Below the pieces are notes generated by a model, which was not told the DNA's origin, did not search any database, and saw only the letters and a program-made list of their open reading frames with translations. The translations under genes were made by a program, and so were the position numbers. A DNA stretch of 63,865 nt, counting the filler. It is 5 parts of 5 records of this genome, joined end to end, with 100 filler letters (N's around TTAATTAATTAA, not from the genome) between each part and the next. Parts side by side here need not be neighbours in the genome. Positions count along the whole stretch, not along the records: positions 15,861 to 36,726 come from SRR20825006_1079; positions 36,827 to 53,007 come from SRR20825006_1083; 3 more parts are not named here. One strand, 5' to 3'. Shown here piece by piece: positions 30,944 to 40,652 of this stretch; the stretch's first letter is position 1; each line of letters begins with the position of its first letter.

Positions 30944-31738
30944 TTAATCTAGAATTTTGACAGTGTTTATATACTCCTCTTTGGTGATCGAATGCAATTT
31001 ATCAAGAAGATGCATTTGTAAACTTCCCGGGCCTTGTGAAGACTTGGCGGCAAGCTCCCCGGCGACTGCCATTAAAGAAGTAGCAGCAAGAGCGGCTTCT
31101 TTTTTATTAGGGATTACAGCAATGAACGCTGCAAGGATTGCCGTCGCAGAACACCCCATTCCGGTGATTTTAGTCATAAGCGCATCTCCGTTTTTAAGTT
31201 GGTCAACACTTTCTTCAGAAACTACAATATCAACAGCACCTGATATCACGACTAAAGCGCCGTATTCTTTATTTAAAAATTGGGCAGCTTCAATGGCTTC
31301 CAGGCTTGAAGAAGTACTATCAACTCCTTTTGTGGCTGTGGTATTATGTTTTGCTAAAGCTAAAATTTCTGACGCATTGCCTCTGATCGCTGTAGGTTTT
31401 AACGCCAGTAATTCGCTAAGTACTTCATCGCGATACGCAGTAGCGCCAGCACCCACCGGATCTAAAATCCACGGTTTGTTATTTTGATTTGCGGCTGCAA
31501 CCGCCAATATCATAGATTCTACCCAGTATTCATCAAGGGTACCAATATTAATCACCAAAGCCTGGCAGATGGCTTGCATACTTTGCATTTCGGGATGAGC
31601 GTGGGCCATTATAGGGGAAGCGCCTACCGCAAGTAAGGCGTTTGCGGTATTATTCATCACAACATAATTGGTGATATTTTGTACCAACGGAGCTTGCTCG
31701 CGAACACTGGTAATATGCTTAAAAAGTAACTCTTTCAT
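30944..31738 (-). CDS. thiM: Hydroxyethylthiazole kinase
   Basis: NITNYVVMN, DPVGAGA, RGNASEI, TGMGC. Confidence 0.95.
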   Translation of the reverse strand: MKELLFKHITSVREQAPLVQNITNYVVMNNTANALLAVGASPIMAHAHPEMQSMQAICQALVINIGTLDEYWVESMILAVAAANQNNKPWILDPVGAGATAYRDEVLSELLALKPTAIRGNASEILALAKHNTTATKGVDSTSSSLEAIEAAQFLNKEYGALVVISGAVDIVVSEESVDQLKNGDALMTKITGMGCSATAILAAFIAVIPNKKEAALAATSLMAVAGELAAKSSQGPGSLQMHLLDKLHSITKEEYINTVKILD

Positions 31739-31800
31739 AGATTGATTTTAAAAGTTCAATGGCTATAGAGTTACTTCTAGAGTAGAAGTGCAATGTAGAT

Positions 31801-31879
31801 ACTTTTCCCTACGCTGGTCTCAACCAAACAGGTTCAAAGGGACTGTCTCAATTCTAGTTGCTAGAATACCCCTAAAGCC
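31801..31879 (-). ncRNA. TPP riboswitch
   Basis: Minus strand AGGGGT-hairpin-TGAGA-CAGTCCCTTTGAACCTG...CCAGCGTAGGGAA upstream of thiM; TATCTTTG -7 element at 31884-31891. Confidence 0.9.
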
Positions 31880-31935
31880 AAATCAAAGATAAATGTTCTG
31901 CACGGAATGCAGTAAAATAAGCGTGGATAATTAAG

Positions 31936-32397
31936 TTATGGCAAAGCCAAAAATTCATTTACAGGTTGGTTGTTTTCAAACTCAAAGAGTTTAGAATAAT
32001 CCATAGCATTTGGAATCTGGTCCAGTTTGCAGAGCAATGCTACTGCTTGGCACATTCCATTGAACATCACTTCTTTTGAAGTGCGATCAACAGTAATTTC
32101 TGAACGTCTAGAAAGCGGAAGCGAATACCCGCAACCTTCTAAAAATGCTGCTTCAATCTGAAGTAATTCAAGAGGGGAGTAGCCTGCGAATGTTCTACCT
32201 AAAGATTGATGCACTTTACCCACATAGGTAAGTTTATTGCTTCCGTGGCCTTCCGTAAGGTGTTTCCAGCTGTCTGTATTATCTAGAATATTTCCTACAG
32301 CACAACTTTTACAACATTCAGGATTGAGGGTGTTGTTTTGAAATGCTTTGTATAATTTTTGAATAGCGAGGTCAAATCGGGCGGCAGCGTGCATCAT
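31936..32397 (-). CDS. Conserved hypothetical protein with CCxxC motif
   Basis: Clean ORF with PECCKSCAVGNI; no flavin or ferredoxin motifs visible. Confidence 0.75.
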   Translation of the reverse strand: MMHAAARFDLAIQKLYKAFQNNTLNPECCKSCAVGNILDNTDSWKHLTEGHGSNKLTYVGKVHQSLGRTFAGYSPLELLQIEAAFLEGCGYSLPLSRRSEITVDRTSKEVMFNGMCQAVALLCKLDQIPNAMDYSKLFEFENNQPVNEFLALP

Positions 32398-32454
32398 CTT
32401 TTTCTTTTTTATAAAGTTACGAAATTCAAAACGAAGCTTTACTATGCAAAATCA

Positions 32455-34878
32455 TCAAAGCGTGGTTATCGAGATAGTTGCCTTTTTAAGCTGTTTGCCT
32501 GACACTTCAAGATTGAGGTTCCCGGGGTTTTTAGTGCTTTCTACAAGAACCACGAGTTTGCCGCTAAAAAGTTTCATCTGAGGTTCATAAAACGATGCTA
32601 AAGAAGTAGGATCACCGTTACAAACCGCTTTAAAATTACCTTTACCAGAAACTTTAAACTTCAATGCGTTTGTTGCAGTGGGGCAGGGGTTGCCGTTTTT
32701 GTCAACCACAGAAACTGTAACAAAGCTTAGGTCTTTTCCGTTTGCATTGATGGTTTTTCGGTCTGCTTCCAAAATAATTTGATGAGGTTTTCCTGCAGTT
32801 TTGATCGTTTTTTCAGCAGCTTGCTTTCCATTTTTATCAAGCGCGACCACTTTTAGTGTACCGGGTTCATAGATAACGTCATTCCACATCAGGCGATACC
32901 GTGTTTGTGGTGTAGAATCATTTTTGATACGAATTCCTTGGCTTTTTCCGTTTACAAAAAGCTCGGCGCGGTCATAACTGGTGTATACAAAAACCGGAGT
33001 TTTTTTGCCCTCGCGACCTTCCCAATTCCAATGGGGTAACATATGAAGCGTTTCATCTTCTGTGTTCCAACGGCTGCGGTAGAGATAATACCTGTCTTTT
33101 GGGATTCCTGCAAGGTCGATCATTCCAAAATACGAACTTCGAGAAGGCCAGCTGGTGTCATAAGGCGTGGGTTCACCAAGATAGTCAAAACCGGTCCATA
33201 CAAACTCCCCAATCACCCAAGGTTTATCATCTTGCATAATAAAATCTGTCTCCGGAAGGTTAGACCAACTGCAATATTCAAGATCGTACGACGAACTCTG
33301 AAAATCAGGATATTCTTTCATACTCGCTTTTTCAACAGGGAATTTGTAAATGCCTCGCGAACTCACCGTTGAAGCAGTTTCTGAACCTAAAATAAAACCC
33401 TGCGGAAACTTTTCATAAGCTTCTTCATACAGATGTACGCGGTAGTTTAAGCCGGGAATATCCAGAATGGCGCCAAAACCAGATTCCATTGTGGCTTTTA
33501 CTTGATCCATACCCACGGTAACGGGGCGTGTAGGATCTTCCCGGTGAAAAATATTTTGTAACCATAAGGCGCGCTTTACTCCGGCGCTTCCATATTGATC
33601 GGGCACCTCGTTACCGGCGCTCCACATAACAATAGAAGGATGATTGCGCGTAGCGCGCACCAGATTTACCACATCTTTTTCGGCGTAGTCATCAAAAAAG
33701 CGATTGTAACCATTTTTTACTTTAGGTTTTTTCCATTCGTCAAAGCTTTCCGCCAGAAATAAAAAACCTATTTCATCTGCTAATTCCAGTTGCTCGAATG
33801 AAGGCATATTATGCGCACTGCGAATGGCGTTACATCCCAGATCTTTTAAAATTTGCATTTGCCTGCGCAACGCCGCTTTGTTGACGGCAGTGCCTAAAGG
33901 CCCTAAATCGTGATGCAAGCAAACGCCCTTAAATTTGCGGGTTTCTCCATTGAGCTGAAAACCGTTTTCTGCGGAATAATTGATAGATCGAATACCAAAT
34001 TTTGTAGCAACTTCATCCTTAAGTTCGTCACCAGAATACAGCTGCGTTACGGCTTTGTAGAGGTATGGATTTTCAGGACTCCATAAACTGGGCTTCACAA
34101 CTTTTAAATTCTGGTCAAATTGCTGATCATAAGATACCGGTGTTTGCTGCTGAGCTACAACTAGATTTTGAGCATCATAAATGGTCGTTTTTAGACTAAG
34201 ATTTTTACCGTTAAAATTTGTTTTGATATTGACTTTAGCCACTTCTCGAGTAACAACCGGAGTCGTGATGGTAGTTCCCCATTGGTCTATACTTGCAGGA
34301 TCTTTGATGATTAAGCTCACAGGTCTGTACAAGCCTGCACCGGGATACCAACGCGATGAAAATTCGGCGTTAGAAAGTTTTACAGCGAGCGTATTTTGAC
34401 CTTCTAGAAGTGCGTCGCTGATATTAAAGTAAAAGTAGGCATAGCCGTAAGCCCATTCGCCAATTTTTTTACCATTGAGATACACCTCAGGTTCGCTCAT
34501 CGCGCCTTCAAAAAGGAGAAGAACTTTTTTGTTGAGATCTGCGGCATCAATATTGAAATTCTTTCTGTACCACCCTGTACCGGTAAAAGGTAAGGCTCCG
34601 GTGCGCCCAGTTTTTTCGGTGGGGATGCTCTCTCCATTTTGAGTAATAGCAACAGTTTGTTTGTCAATCTCCTTGTCAAAAGGACCGTAAATCGCCCAAT
34701 CGTGAGGCACTGAAACTGTTTGCCATCGCGCATCATCAAAATCGCTAGTTTCTGCGTTTGTGGCTTCTCCCTTATGAAATTTCCAACTTTCCTCTAAGGT
34801 CACCACACGCCGTGTTTGTTGAGCTGAAAGCGTGAAAGTGAAAAGAAGTACTACAAGAACTAAGGTATTTTTGAGCAT
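32455..34878 (-). CDS. GH2 glycoside hydrolase (beta-galactosidase-like)
   Basis: Signal peptide, GVCLHHD, NHPSIVMWSAGNE, WTGFDYLGEPTP. Confidence 0.93.
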   Translation of the reverse strand: MLKNTLVLVVLLFTFTLSAQQTRRVVTLEESWKFHKGEATNAETSDFDDARWQTVSVPHDWAIYGPFDKEIDKQTVAITQNGESIPTEKTGRTGALPFTGTGWYRKNFNIDAADLNKKVLLLFEGAMSEPEVYLNGKKIGEWAYGYAYFYFNISDALLEGQNTLAVKLSNAEFSSRWYPGAGLYRPVSLIIKDPASIDQWGTTITTPVVTREVAKVNIKTNFNGKNLSLKTTIYDAQNLVVAQQQTPVSYDQQFDQNLKVVKPSLWSPENPYLYKAVTQLYSGDELKDEVATKFGIRSINYSAENGFQLNGETRKFKGVCLHHDLGPLGTAVNKAALRRQMQILKDLGCNAIRSAHNMPSFEQLELADEIGFLFLAESFDEWKKPKVKNGYNRFFDDYAEKDVVNLVRATRNHPSIVMWSAGNEVPDQYGSAGVKRALWLQNIFHREDPTRPVTVGMDQVKATMESGFGAILDIPGLNYRVHLYEEAYEKFPQGFILGSETASTVSSRGIYKFPVEKASMKEYPDFQSSSYDLEYCSWSNLPETDFIMQDDKPWVIGEFVWTGFDYLGEPTPYDTSWPSRSSYFGMIDLAGIPKDRYYLYRSRWNTEDETLHMLPHWNWEGREGKKTPVFVYTSYDRAELFVNGKSQGIRIKNDSTPQTRYRLMWNDVIYEPGTLKVVALDKNGKQAAEKTIKTAGKPHQIILEADRKTINANGKDLSFVTVSVVDKNGNPCPTATNALKFKVSGKGNFKAVCNGDPTSLASFYEPQMKLFSGKLVVLVESTKNPGNLNLEVSGKQLKKATISITTL

Positions 34879-34951
34879 AATCTGGTGTTTGAAGAACTAG
34901 GCTCTAAAAATAGAAATAATTAAATGTAATAAATACGTTTTATTTGAATTC

Positions 34952-35179
34952 TTATGGAAACATATCACATCGGCACGCGTACCATTGTTTCGAAAAACTT
35001 TCTAACTCATCAAGATAGTTGTGAATGGCGCTTGTACCTTCAACCGATTTGTCGTTGTCTAGAAGAATAGGCGTCTTTGCCTCTGCAGTTATTATGATTT
35101 TAGAAGGAATGAGTATTTGCTCTATTCGATCAATCAACAATTTATAGTCTGTGGTATTTGTGATTTGAAGCTCTAGCAT
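34952..35179 (-). CDS. Small hypothetical protein, 75 aa, ending WYACRCDMFP
   Basis: ORF from ATG 35179. Confidence 0.55.
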   Translation of the reverse strand: MLELQITNTTDYKLLIDRIEQILIPSKIIITAEAKTPILLDNDKSVEGTSAIHNYLDELESFSKQWYACRCDMFP

Positions 35180-35235
35180 AATGACTTGTTCTAGGCTTTT
35201 AGTCGAAAGAAAAAGCAAAACCTTAAGTAATTGAT

Positions 35236-35247
35236 GCAATCGATTTC
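35236..35247. promoter_or_regulatory. Putative LacI-family operator
   Basis: GCAATCGATTTC fits GNAANCGNTTNC between divergent glycoside hydrolase units. Confidence 0.45.
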
Positions 35248-35307
35248 GCAGCCTTGTTTATTTTGGGTATTTTTAGTCAATTCAGTTTAAAGTAATCTTT
35301 TTTTTAA

Positions 35308-36660
35308 ATGCGTATTTACTATTTCCTATTTGTTCTCTTTTTAAGTTTTAATGCGTGCTGTTTTGCTCAGGATAGTCTTGTTATCCAGATACAGCAGATA
35401 GAAGAATCTATAGAAACGCCTAATATTCCAGAAAGGACGATTAATGTGTTAGACTATGGCGTTAAGACAGACGATGCTAAAAATGATAAGCCGGGATTTG
35501 ATAAGGCTATTGCTGCTTTGGTTAAAGCAGGAGGCGGTATTTTAAAAGTTCCTAAAGGAAGCTATTTGCTGAAAGGACCTATTCATTTAAAAAGCAAAAT
35601 CAATCTACACCTTGAGGCTGGGGCAGTTCTTAATTTTAGTGATACTCCTAGTGATTATCCTTTAGTCGCAACCAGTTGGGAAGGCACGTTTATTTATAAC
35701 TACAGTCCGTTAATCTATGCATACCAGGCAGTGGATCTAGCGATCACCGGTAGCGGCAAGATTAATGGCAATGGTGACGGAATTTGGGCCACTTTTAAAA
35801 CTCAAGAAGAAGCGGACAAGCTTTCTAGCCGAAAGATGAACCACCAGCAAACGTCGGTGACATCGAGAAGGTTTGGAAACGGACATTTCTTACGGCCGCA
35901 GTTGGTGCAGTTTTTTGATTCAAAACGCATTCTAATTGAAGGTGTTCGGTTTGAAAATTCGCCTTTTTGGTGCGTACATCTTTTGCGTTCCAATAACATA
36001 ACCATTGCCGGAATCTCTTATGATTCTCAAAATAAAAATAACGATGGTATTGACTTAGAGTATGCCAGTAATGTGGTGATAAAGAATGTAGTTTTTAATA
36101 ATAGTGATGATAATGTTGCTATAAAAGCCGGGCGAGATACCGAAGGTCGCGCGAATGCCACAACACCTTCTGAACACATTGTTGTACGAAATTGTAAATT
36201 TAAAGGACTGCACGCTATTGTAATAGGAAGTGAGATGTCTGCCGGGGTTAGTGATGTTTATGTGTATAATAACGAAGCTTGGGGTTATATCAAACGAGGA
36301 GTTTATTTTAAAACCAATTCAGATCGTGGTGGGTATATCAGAAATATAAATATTAGTAACAATACGTTTAAAAGGGTAGAGGATGCTATTTTTATGACGG
36401 CCAACTATCACGGTGAAGGCAGCGGAAAGCATATCTCTAAAATATCTAAGATCCTTTTAAAAAATCTATATTTTGATCAGGCAGAAAATTTTGGAATCGT
36501 TTTAGAAGGATATCCTAAGCAACCTATTTCAGATATTCGGTTAGAAAACATTCAAATTACTAAGGCTAAAAATGCGCTTACTCTAAGAGATACTGAAGGA
36601 GTTCAGTTTAAAAATATTCAGATCGGGGAAGCGGCGGGAACACCATCTTCGGTTAAATAA
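35308..36660 (+). CDS. GH28 polygalacturonase-like hydrolase
   Basis: NNDGID, DDNVAIKAG, HAIVIGSE motifs; signal peptide. Confidence 0.92.
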   Translation: MRIYYFLFVLFLSFNACCFAQDSLVIQIQQIEESIETPNIPERTINVLDYGVKTDDAKNDKPGFDKAIAALVKAGGGILKVPKGSYLLKGPIHLKSKINLHLEAGAVLNFSDTPSDYPLVATSWEGTFIYNYSPLIYAYQAVDLAITGSGKINGNGDGIWATFKTQEEADKLSSRKMNHQQTSVTSRRFGNGHFLRPQLVQFFDSKRILIEGVRFENSPFWCVHLLRSNNITIAGISYDSQNKNNDGIDLEYASNVVIKNVVFNNSDDNVAIKAGRDTEGRANATTPSEHIVVRNCKFKGLHAIVIGSEMSAGVSDVYVYNNEAWGYIKRGVYFKTNSDRGGYIRNINISNNTFKRVEDAIFMTANYHGEGSGKHISKISKILLKNLYFDQAENFGIVLEGYPKQPISDIRLENIQITKAKNALTLRDTEGVQFKNIQIGEAAGTPSSVK

Positions 36661-36695
36661 AAAAAGCCACTCAATAATTGAGTGGCTTTCCTTTT
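36661..36695. terminator. Intrinsic terminator
   Basis: AAAGCCACTCAAT-A-ATTGAGTGGCTTT. Confidence 0.8.
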
Positions 36696-36726
36696 GTGAC
36701 CTCGGCAGGATTCAAACCTGCAACCT
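36696..36726 (-). tRNA. tRNA 3' fragment, probably tRNA-Arg; truncated by contig end
   Basis: Minus strand AGGTTGCAGGTTTGAATCCTGCCGAGGTCAC gives T-arm and acceptor strand; anticodon not visible. Confidence 0.7.
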
Positions 36727-36826
36727 NNNNNNNNNNNNNNNNNNNNNNNNNNNNNNNNNNNNNNNNNNNNTTAATTAATTAANNNNNNNNNNNNNNNNNN
36801 NNNNNNNNNNNNNNNNNNNNNNNNNN
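36727..36826. other. Artificial contig spacer
   Basis: N-run with TTAATTAATTAA. Confidence 0.98.
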
Positions 36827-36927
36827 GCCATCAGGCCCGGCATTTCGGTTTCGGCGATATCCAGTTCCTTGCGGCCGTAATCGGCCAGCGCAATATCGGC
36901 AATGATGAAATCTTCTGTGGCGCTCAT
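36827..36927 (-). CDS. ahcY: Adenosylhomocysteinase, 5' fragment
   Basis: [40 protein letters not shown]; missed by the ORF track. Confidence 0.92.
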
Positions 36928-37054
36928 TGAAAACTCCCGAGGCGTGCAGACCAAAGGTGCAAGACCTGCTTCTTCTGCATCCGGAGAGCAGGCAAGGCAC
37001 CTTTTGCTTCATGTTTGCACTGTCAGTAACAGTCCGGGATGACGCTGGCAAGAA

Positions 37055-37078
37055 AGACATAAAGATTTCTTTATGTCT
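37055..37078. promoter_or_regulatory. Putative SahR-type operator
   Basis: Perfect palindrome AGACATAAAG-ATTT-CTTTATGTCT upstream of ahcY. Confidence 0.7.
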
Positions 37079-37244
37079 GACTTTTGCGGAATTAAGTTGC
37101 GACAACTCGGGTTCAGCTATGAAATTCTGTCATGAAGCCACAAAGTTGTGTCGATTGGCCCTTATCAAGGGTTTGCATTGCCTGCTGTTGTTTTTGCGGT
37201 TACAAGTATAACAGTATATTGATCAATAAAGTATATCGGAGGTT

Positions 37245-38006
37245 GTGTTTATGGCATCAGGCAGCGGAATGCCCCTGTTCTATCAAAAGCCGCAAGTGCT
37301 GCATTTCGAGGCGCATAAGGATATGGGGATTGTAGCGTCAACGGATTATTCCTTTGCCGCAAATGCAACAGCCATTCCGCTTTCCGTCAGCGAGTTCATG
37401 CCCGCCATTCGGCATTACCCGATTGTGTTTGTTAATGCGGGCGGTCCGGCCCCGGTTGCCATTACCGGCATAAGGCAGGGGCAGAACCTGATGATTGACA
37501 GCAAGGGTGCATGGGAAAACAACACCTACATTCCTGCTTATATCCGCCGATATCCCTTCATCTTGGTGCAGGCCCCCGATGATCAGGACCGCCGTATGCT
37601 GGCGTTTGAAGCGACGAGTGGCCGGGTCAAGCCGCTTGCCGAAGCGCCGGAGGCAACGCGGCTCTTCGAGTCGGATGGCAAGCCGTCGGATGCGATCAAG
37701 CCGATGATGCAACTATGCGAGCTTTACCATCAGCATCGGGCGCAGGATTCCGAGTTTCTGAAAGCCATCAAGGACGCCGATCTGCTGGTCGCCCGCCATG
37801 TCGATTTCGAGTTTCCTGACAAGGATCGTTATCGTCTTGATGGTTTTCAGATCATTGACGCAGATCGTTACCGCGCGCTGCCGGTCAGGACGATCCGGGA
37901 CTGGAACAAGAAGGGCTGGACCGATGCCATTGCACTGCATCTGGCTTCGGCCCAGAACTGGAGCCTGTTGATGGACCGCAACCGTAAAGTACCGACGATT
38001 AACTGA
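37245..38006 (+). CDS. SapC-family protein
   Basis: YPIVF and YIPAYIRRYPF motifs; C-terminal HLAS. Confidence 0.85.
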   Translation: MFMASGSGMPLFYQKPQVLHFEAHKDMGIVASTDYSFAANATAIPLSVSEFMPAIRHYPIVFVNAGGPAPVAITGIRQGQNLMIDSKGAWENNTYIPAYIRRYPFILVQAPDDQDRRMLAFEATSGRVKPLAEAPEATRLFESDGKPSDAIKPMMQLCELYHQHRAQDSEFLKAIKDADLLVARHVDFEFPDKDRYRLDGFQIIDADRYRALPVRTIRDWNKKGWTDAIALHLASAQNWSLLMDRNRKVPTIN

Positions 38007-38437
38007 GCGGACTTTGTAAAACCCGCCAAGTGGATATCTGACGGGTTTCGGTCAACTGCAACCGGGTTGCTTTAATGGCCCCATCCTGCCGATTTTTTAC
38101 AAATCCCGCGTACCTGCTCCGGTCAATCCGGGTGGCGTTGAAAATCCGGAAAAATCGGGCGGCGAGTCTTTTGAGGATGCAATTTTCATTTATATTGTCG
38201 TCAAACTGATTTTGCGCACTATCTCAGGATGTTGTGATTTGCGTTTGAAAAGGTTGAAGACAAACCCGGATTGGTCAAAGCTATAATGCAGGTGTCCGGA
38301 CAGTCTCCGGATTTGAGTTGCCCAAAGGCATTTTTGCATACGCACCGTCAGGTGATGCGACCGGAAGACGGTCTTACGGCAAACCGGAGCAGGCTCTTCC
38401 AGTAAAAAGGAAAGAGCGAGAAGAGAGGGAAAATTTC

Positions 38438-39355
38438 ATGAACCGCATTTTCAAACTGACGGGCGCGCTCGCCGTTGCCGCCTTTGTTACCGTTTCTGGC
38501 GCCGCTGCAGCCCCGGTCGTGGTTTCTTCCAAGATTGATACCGAAGGTGGAGTGCTTGGCAATATCATTCTGCAAGCCCTGAAGGCGAACGACATACCGA
38601 CTGAAAACAAGATCCAGCTTGGTGGAACCCCAATCGTCCGGCAGGCCATTACTCAGGGTCAGATCGATATTTATCCGGAATATACCGGCAATGCAGCTTT
38701 CTTCTTCAACAAAACGGATCTGCCTGTCTGGAACAAGCCTGAAGCCGGCTATGAAGAGGCCAAGAAGCTTGACTATGATGCCAACGAGATCGTTTGGCTG
38801 ACGCCGGCTGATGCCAACAACACCTGGGCGATCGCTGTGCGCAAGGATGTTGCTGATCCGAACGACCTGTCGACGATGAGTGATTTCGGTGCCTATGTCG
38901 CAGATGGTGGCAAGATCAAGCTGGCGGCTTCTTCTGAGTTTGTAACTTCCCCGGCAGCCTTGCCAGCCTTTGAAAAAGCTTACGATTTTGACCTTTCGTC
39001 CAACCAGCTGATTCAGCTTTCCGGCGGTGACACGGCAGCCACCATTGCAGCGGCAGCCAAGCAGACATCCGGTGCCAGTGCCGCAATGGTTTACGGAACC
39101 GATGGCGGTATTGCTCCGTCCGGCCTGAAGGTGATGACGGATGACAAGGGCGTTCAGCCGGTCTATCTGCCGACCCCGATCATTCGTGAAGTCCGACTGG
39201 AAGAATATCCGCAGATCGCTGATATTCTGAAGCCGATTTTCGAAGGGCTGACACTTGAAACCCTGCAGAACCTCAATGGCCGCGTGCAGGTTGGTGGAGA
39301 GCCCGCCGATGCCGTGGCGAAGGATTACCTGACAAAGAACGGTTTCCTGAAATAA
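38438..39355 (+). CDS. osmF: Osmoprotectant ABC substrate-binding protein (YehZ)
   Basis: SSKIDTEG, YPEYTGN, ANNTWAIA, VYGTDG. Confidence 0.92.
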   Translation: MNRIFKLTGALAVAAFVTVSGAAAAPVVVSSKIDTEGGVLGNIILQALKANDIPTENKIQLGGTPIVRQAITQGQIDIYPEYTGNAAFFFNKTDLPVWNKPEAGYEEAKKLDYDANEIVWLTPADANNTWAIAVRKDVADPNDLSTMSDFGAYVADGGKIKLAASSEFVTSPAALPAFEKAYDFDLSSNQLIQLSGGDTAATIAAAAKQTSGASAAMVYGTDGGIAPSGLKVMTDDKGVQPVYLPTPIIREVRLEEYPQIADILKPIFEGLTLETLQNLNGRVQVGGEPADAVAKDYLTKNGFLK

Positions 39356-39428
39356 AACGATACTGTTCAATGCAAACTTCTTCTGCCGGTGCCTGGCCGG
39401 CAGAAGGGCGTGAGCCCGGCAATCCAGG

Positions 39429-40652
39429 ATGCGAGCCAAAAAGCGAGCCATGTCAGCCATAAGTGCCATCGAAGTGCAGACCGGAAAAAAGCTTGCCTTC
39501 GACAAGCTCGGCGTCATCATCGCTCTGATCGTCCTGGTCGGATTGTTTCTCCAGCCTTTCAGCCAGTTTGCGGCAAACCGGATTGTTTCCGCCTCGCCGG
39601 AGATGATCTGGTCGGCCCTGCCGTTTTGGCAGGCCCTGTTGCTGATTGCAGTTACCCTTCTGGCAATGCTGGTTGTTCTGGTTCGCACGCCGGTTAATCT
39701 GCGCCTTGGCGTGAGTGTTGGCGCTATGGCGGTTCTGGCCTTCATGGTTGGCCGCTCCGGCAATTTTCTGATGCCTGACGACAATCCCTATGCCCGTGTT
39801 TCGGCGGGCAGTGGCTTCTGGATCATGCTGTTTGCCTTTTCCATTGCCATGGCCGATGCGATTGTACGCAAGCAATTGCCGCCGCTCATGCGCATGGCGT
39901 TTCTTGCGTTGGGAATGGCGGCAATTGCCCTTTTGCTCTGGTCCGGTGCATGGGATCAGCTTTCCATACTGAAAGAATACGCCAATCGCTCCGATGCCTT
40001 TTGGCGTGAAGGGCGTACGCACCTGCTTTTAACGTTTGGTTCTGTCGGTGCCGCCACGGCATCCGGTATTCCAATCGGTATTCTTTGTTTTCGTGTGCCG
40101 AAAGTCCGGGCAACGCTTCTCAACAGTCTCAATGTACTGCAGACGATTCCTTCAATCGCAATGTTCGGCCTGCTGATTGCTCCGCTTGCGTGGGTTGGGC
40201 GCAATGTGCCGGGCGCGGCCGAACTGGGTATTGCGGGCATTGGCTTTGCCCCTGCCATTGTCGCGCTTTACGCCTATTCGCTGCTTCCGGTGGTTTCCAA
40301 TACGGTGGCAGGGCTTGATAGTGTTGCGCCTGATGCACGTGATGCTGCCCGCGGTATGGGCATGACCGGGCGCCAGCTGTTGTTTCAGATCGAGCTGCCG
40401 CTGGCCTTCCCCGTTATTCTCACTGGTATCCGTATAGTTCTGGTGCAAAATATTGGTTTGGCCGTCATCGCCGGTCTGATTGGCGGCGGTGGATATGGAA
40501 CCTTTGTTTTTCAGGGTATTGCGCAAACAGCGAACGACCTTGTTCTCCTCGGCGCCATGCCCGTTGTTGGCATGGCCTTTGCTGCGGCCATCATTCTCGA
40601 TGCGCTCGTGGAAATCAGCCAGTCCAATGGCAGGAAGGGAGCGCGGGCATGA
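39429..40652 (+). CDS. yehY: ABC permease (YehY-like)
   Basis: QTIPSIA, AARGMGMT; position in operon. Confidence 0.85.
   Translation: MRAKKRAMSAISAIEVQTGKKLAFDKLGVIIALIVLVGLFLQPFSQFAANRIVSASPEMIWSALPFWQALLLIAVTLLAMLVVLVRTPVNLRLGVSVGAMAVLAFMVGRSGNFLMPDDNPYARVSAGSGFWIMLFAFSIAMADAIVRKQLPPLMRMAFLALGMAAIALLLWSGAWDQLSILKEYANRSDAFWREGRTHLLLTFGSVGAATASGIPIGILCFRVPKVRATLLNSLNVLQTIPSIAMFGLLIAPLAWVGRNVPGAAELGIAGIGFAPAIVALYAYSLLPVVSNTVAGLDSVAPDARDAARGMGMTGRQLLFQIELPLAFPVILTGIRIVLVQNIGLAVIAGLIGGGGYGTFVFQGIAQTANDLVLLGAMPVVGMAFAAAIILDALVEISQSNGRKGARA

Noticed and set aside
38110-38400. Repeated TCCGG/CCGGA motifs upstream of osmF
   Set aside because: Short, irregularly spaced and expected at this GC content.
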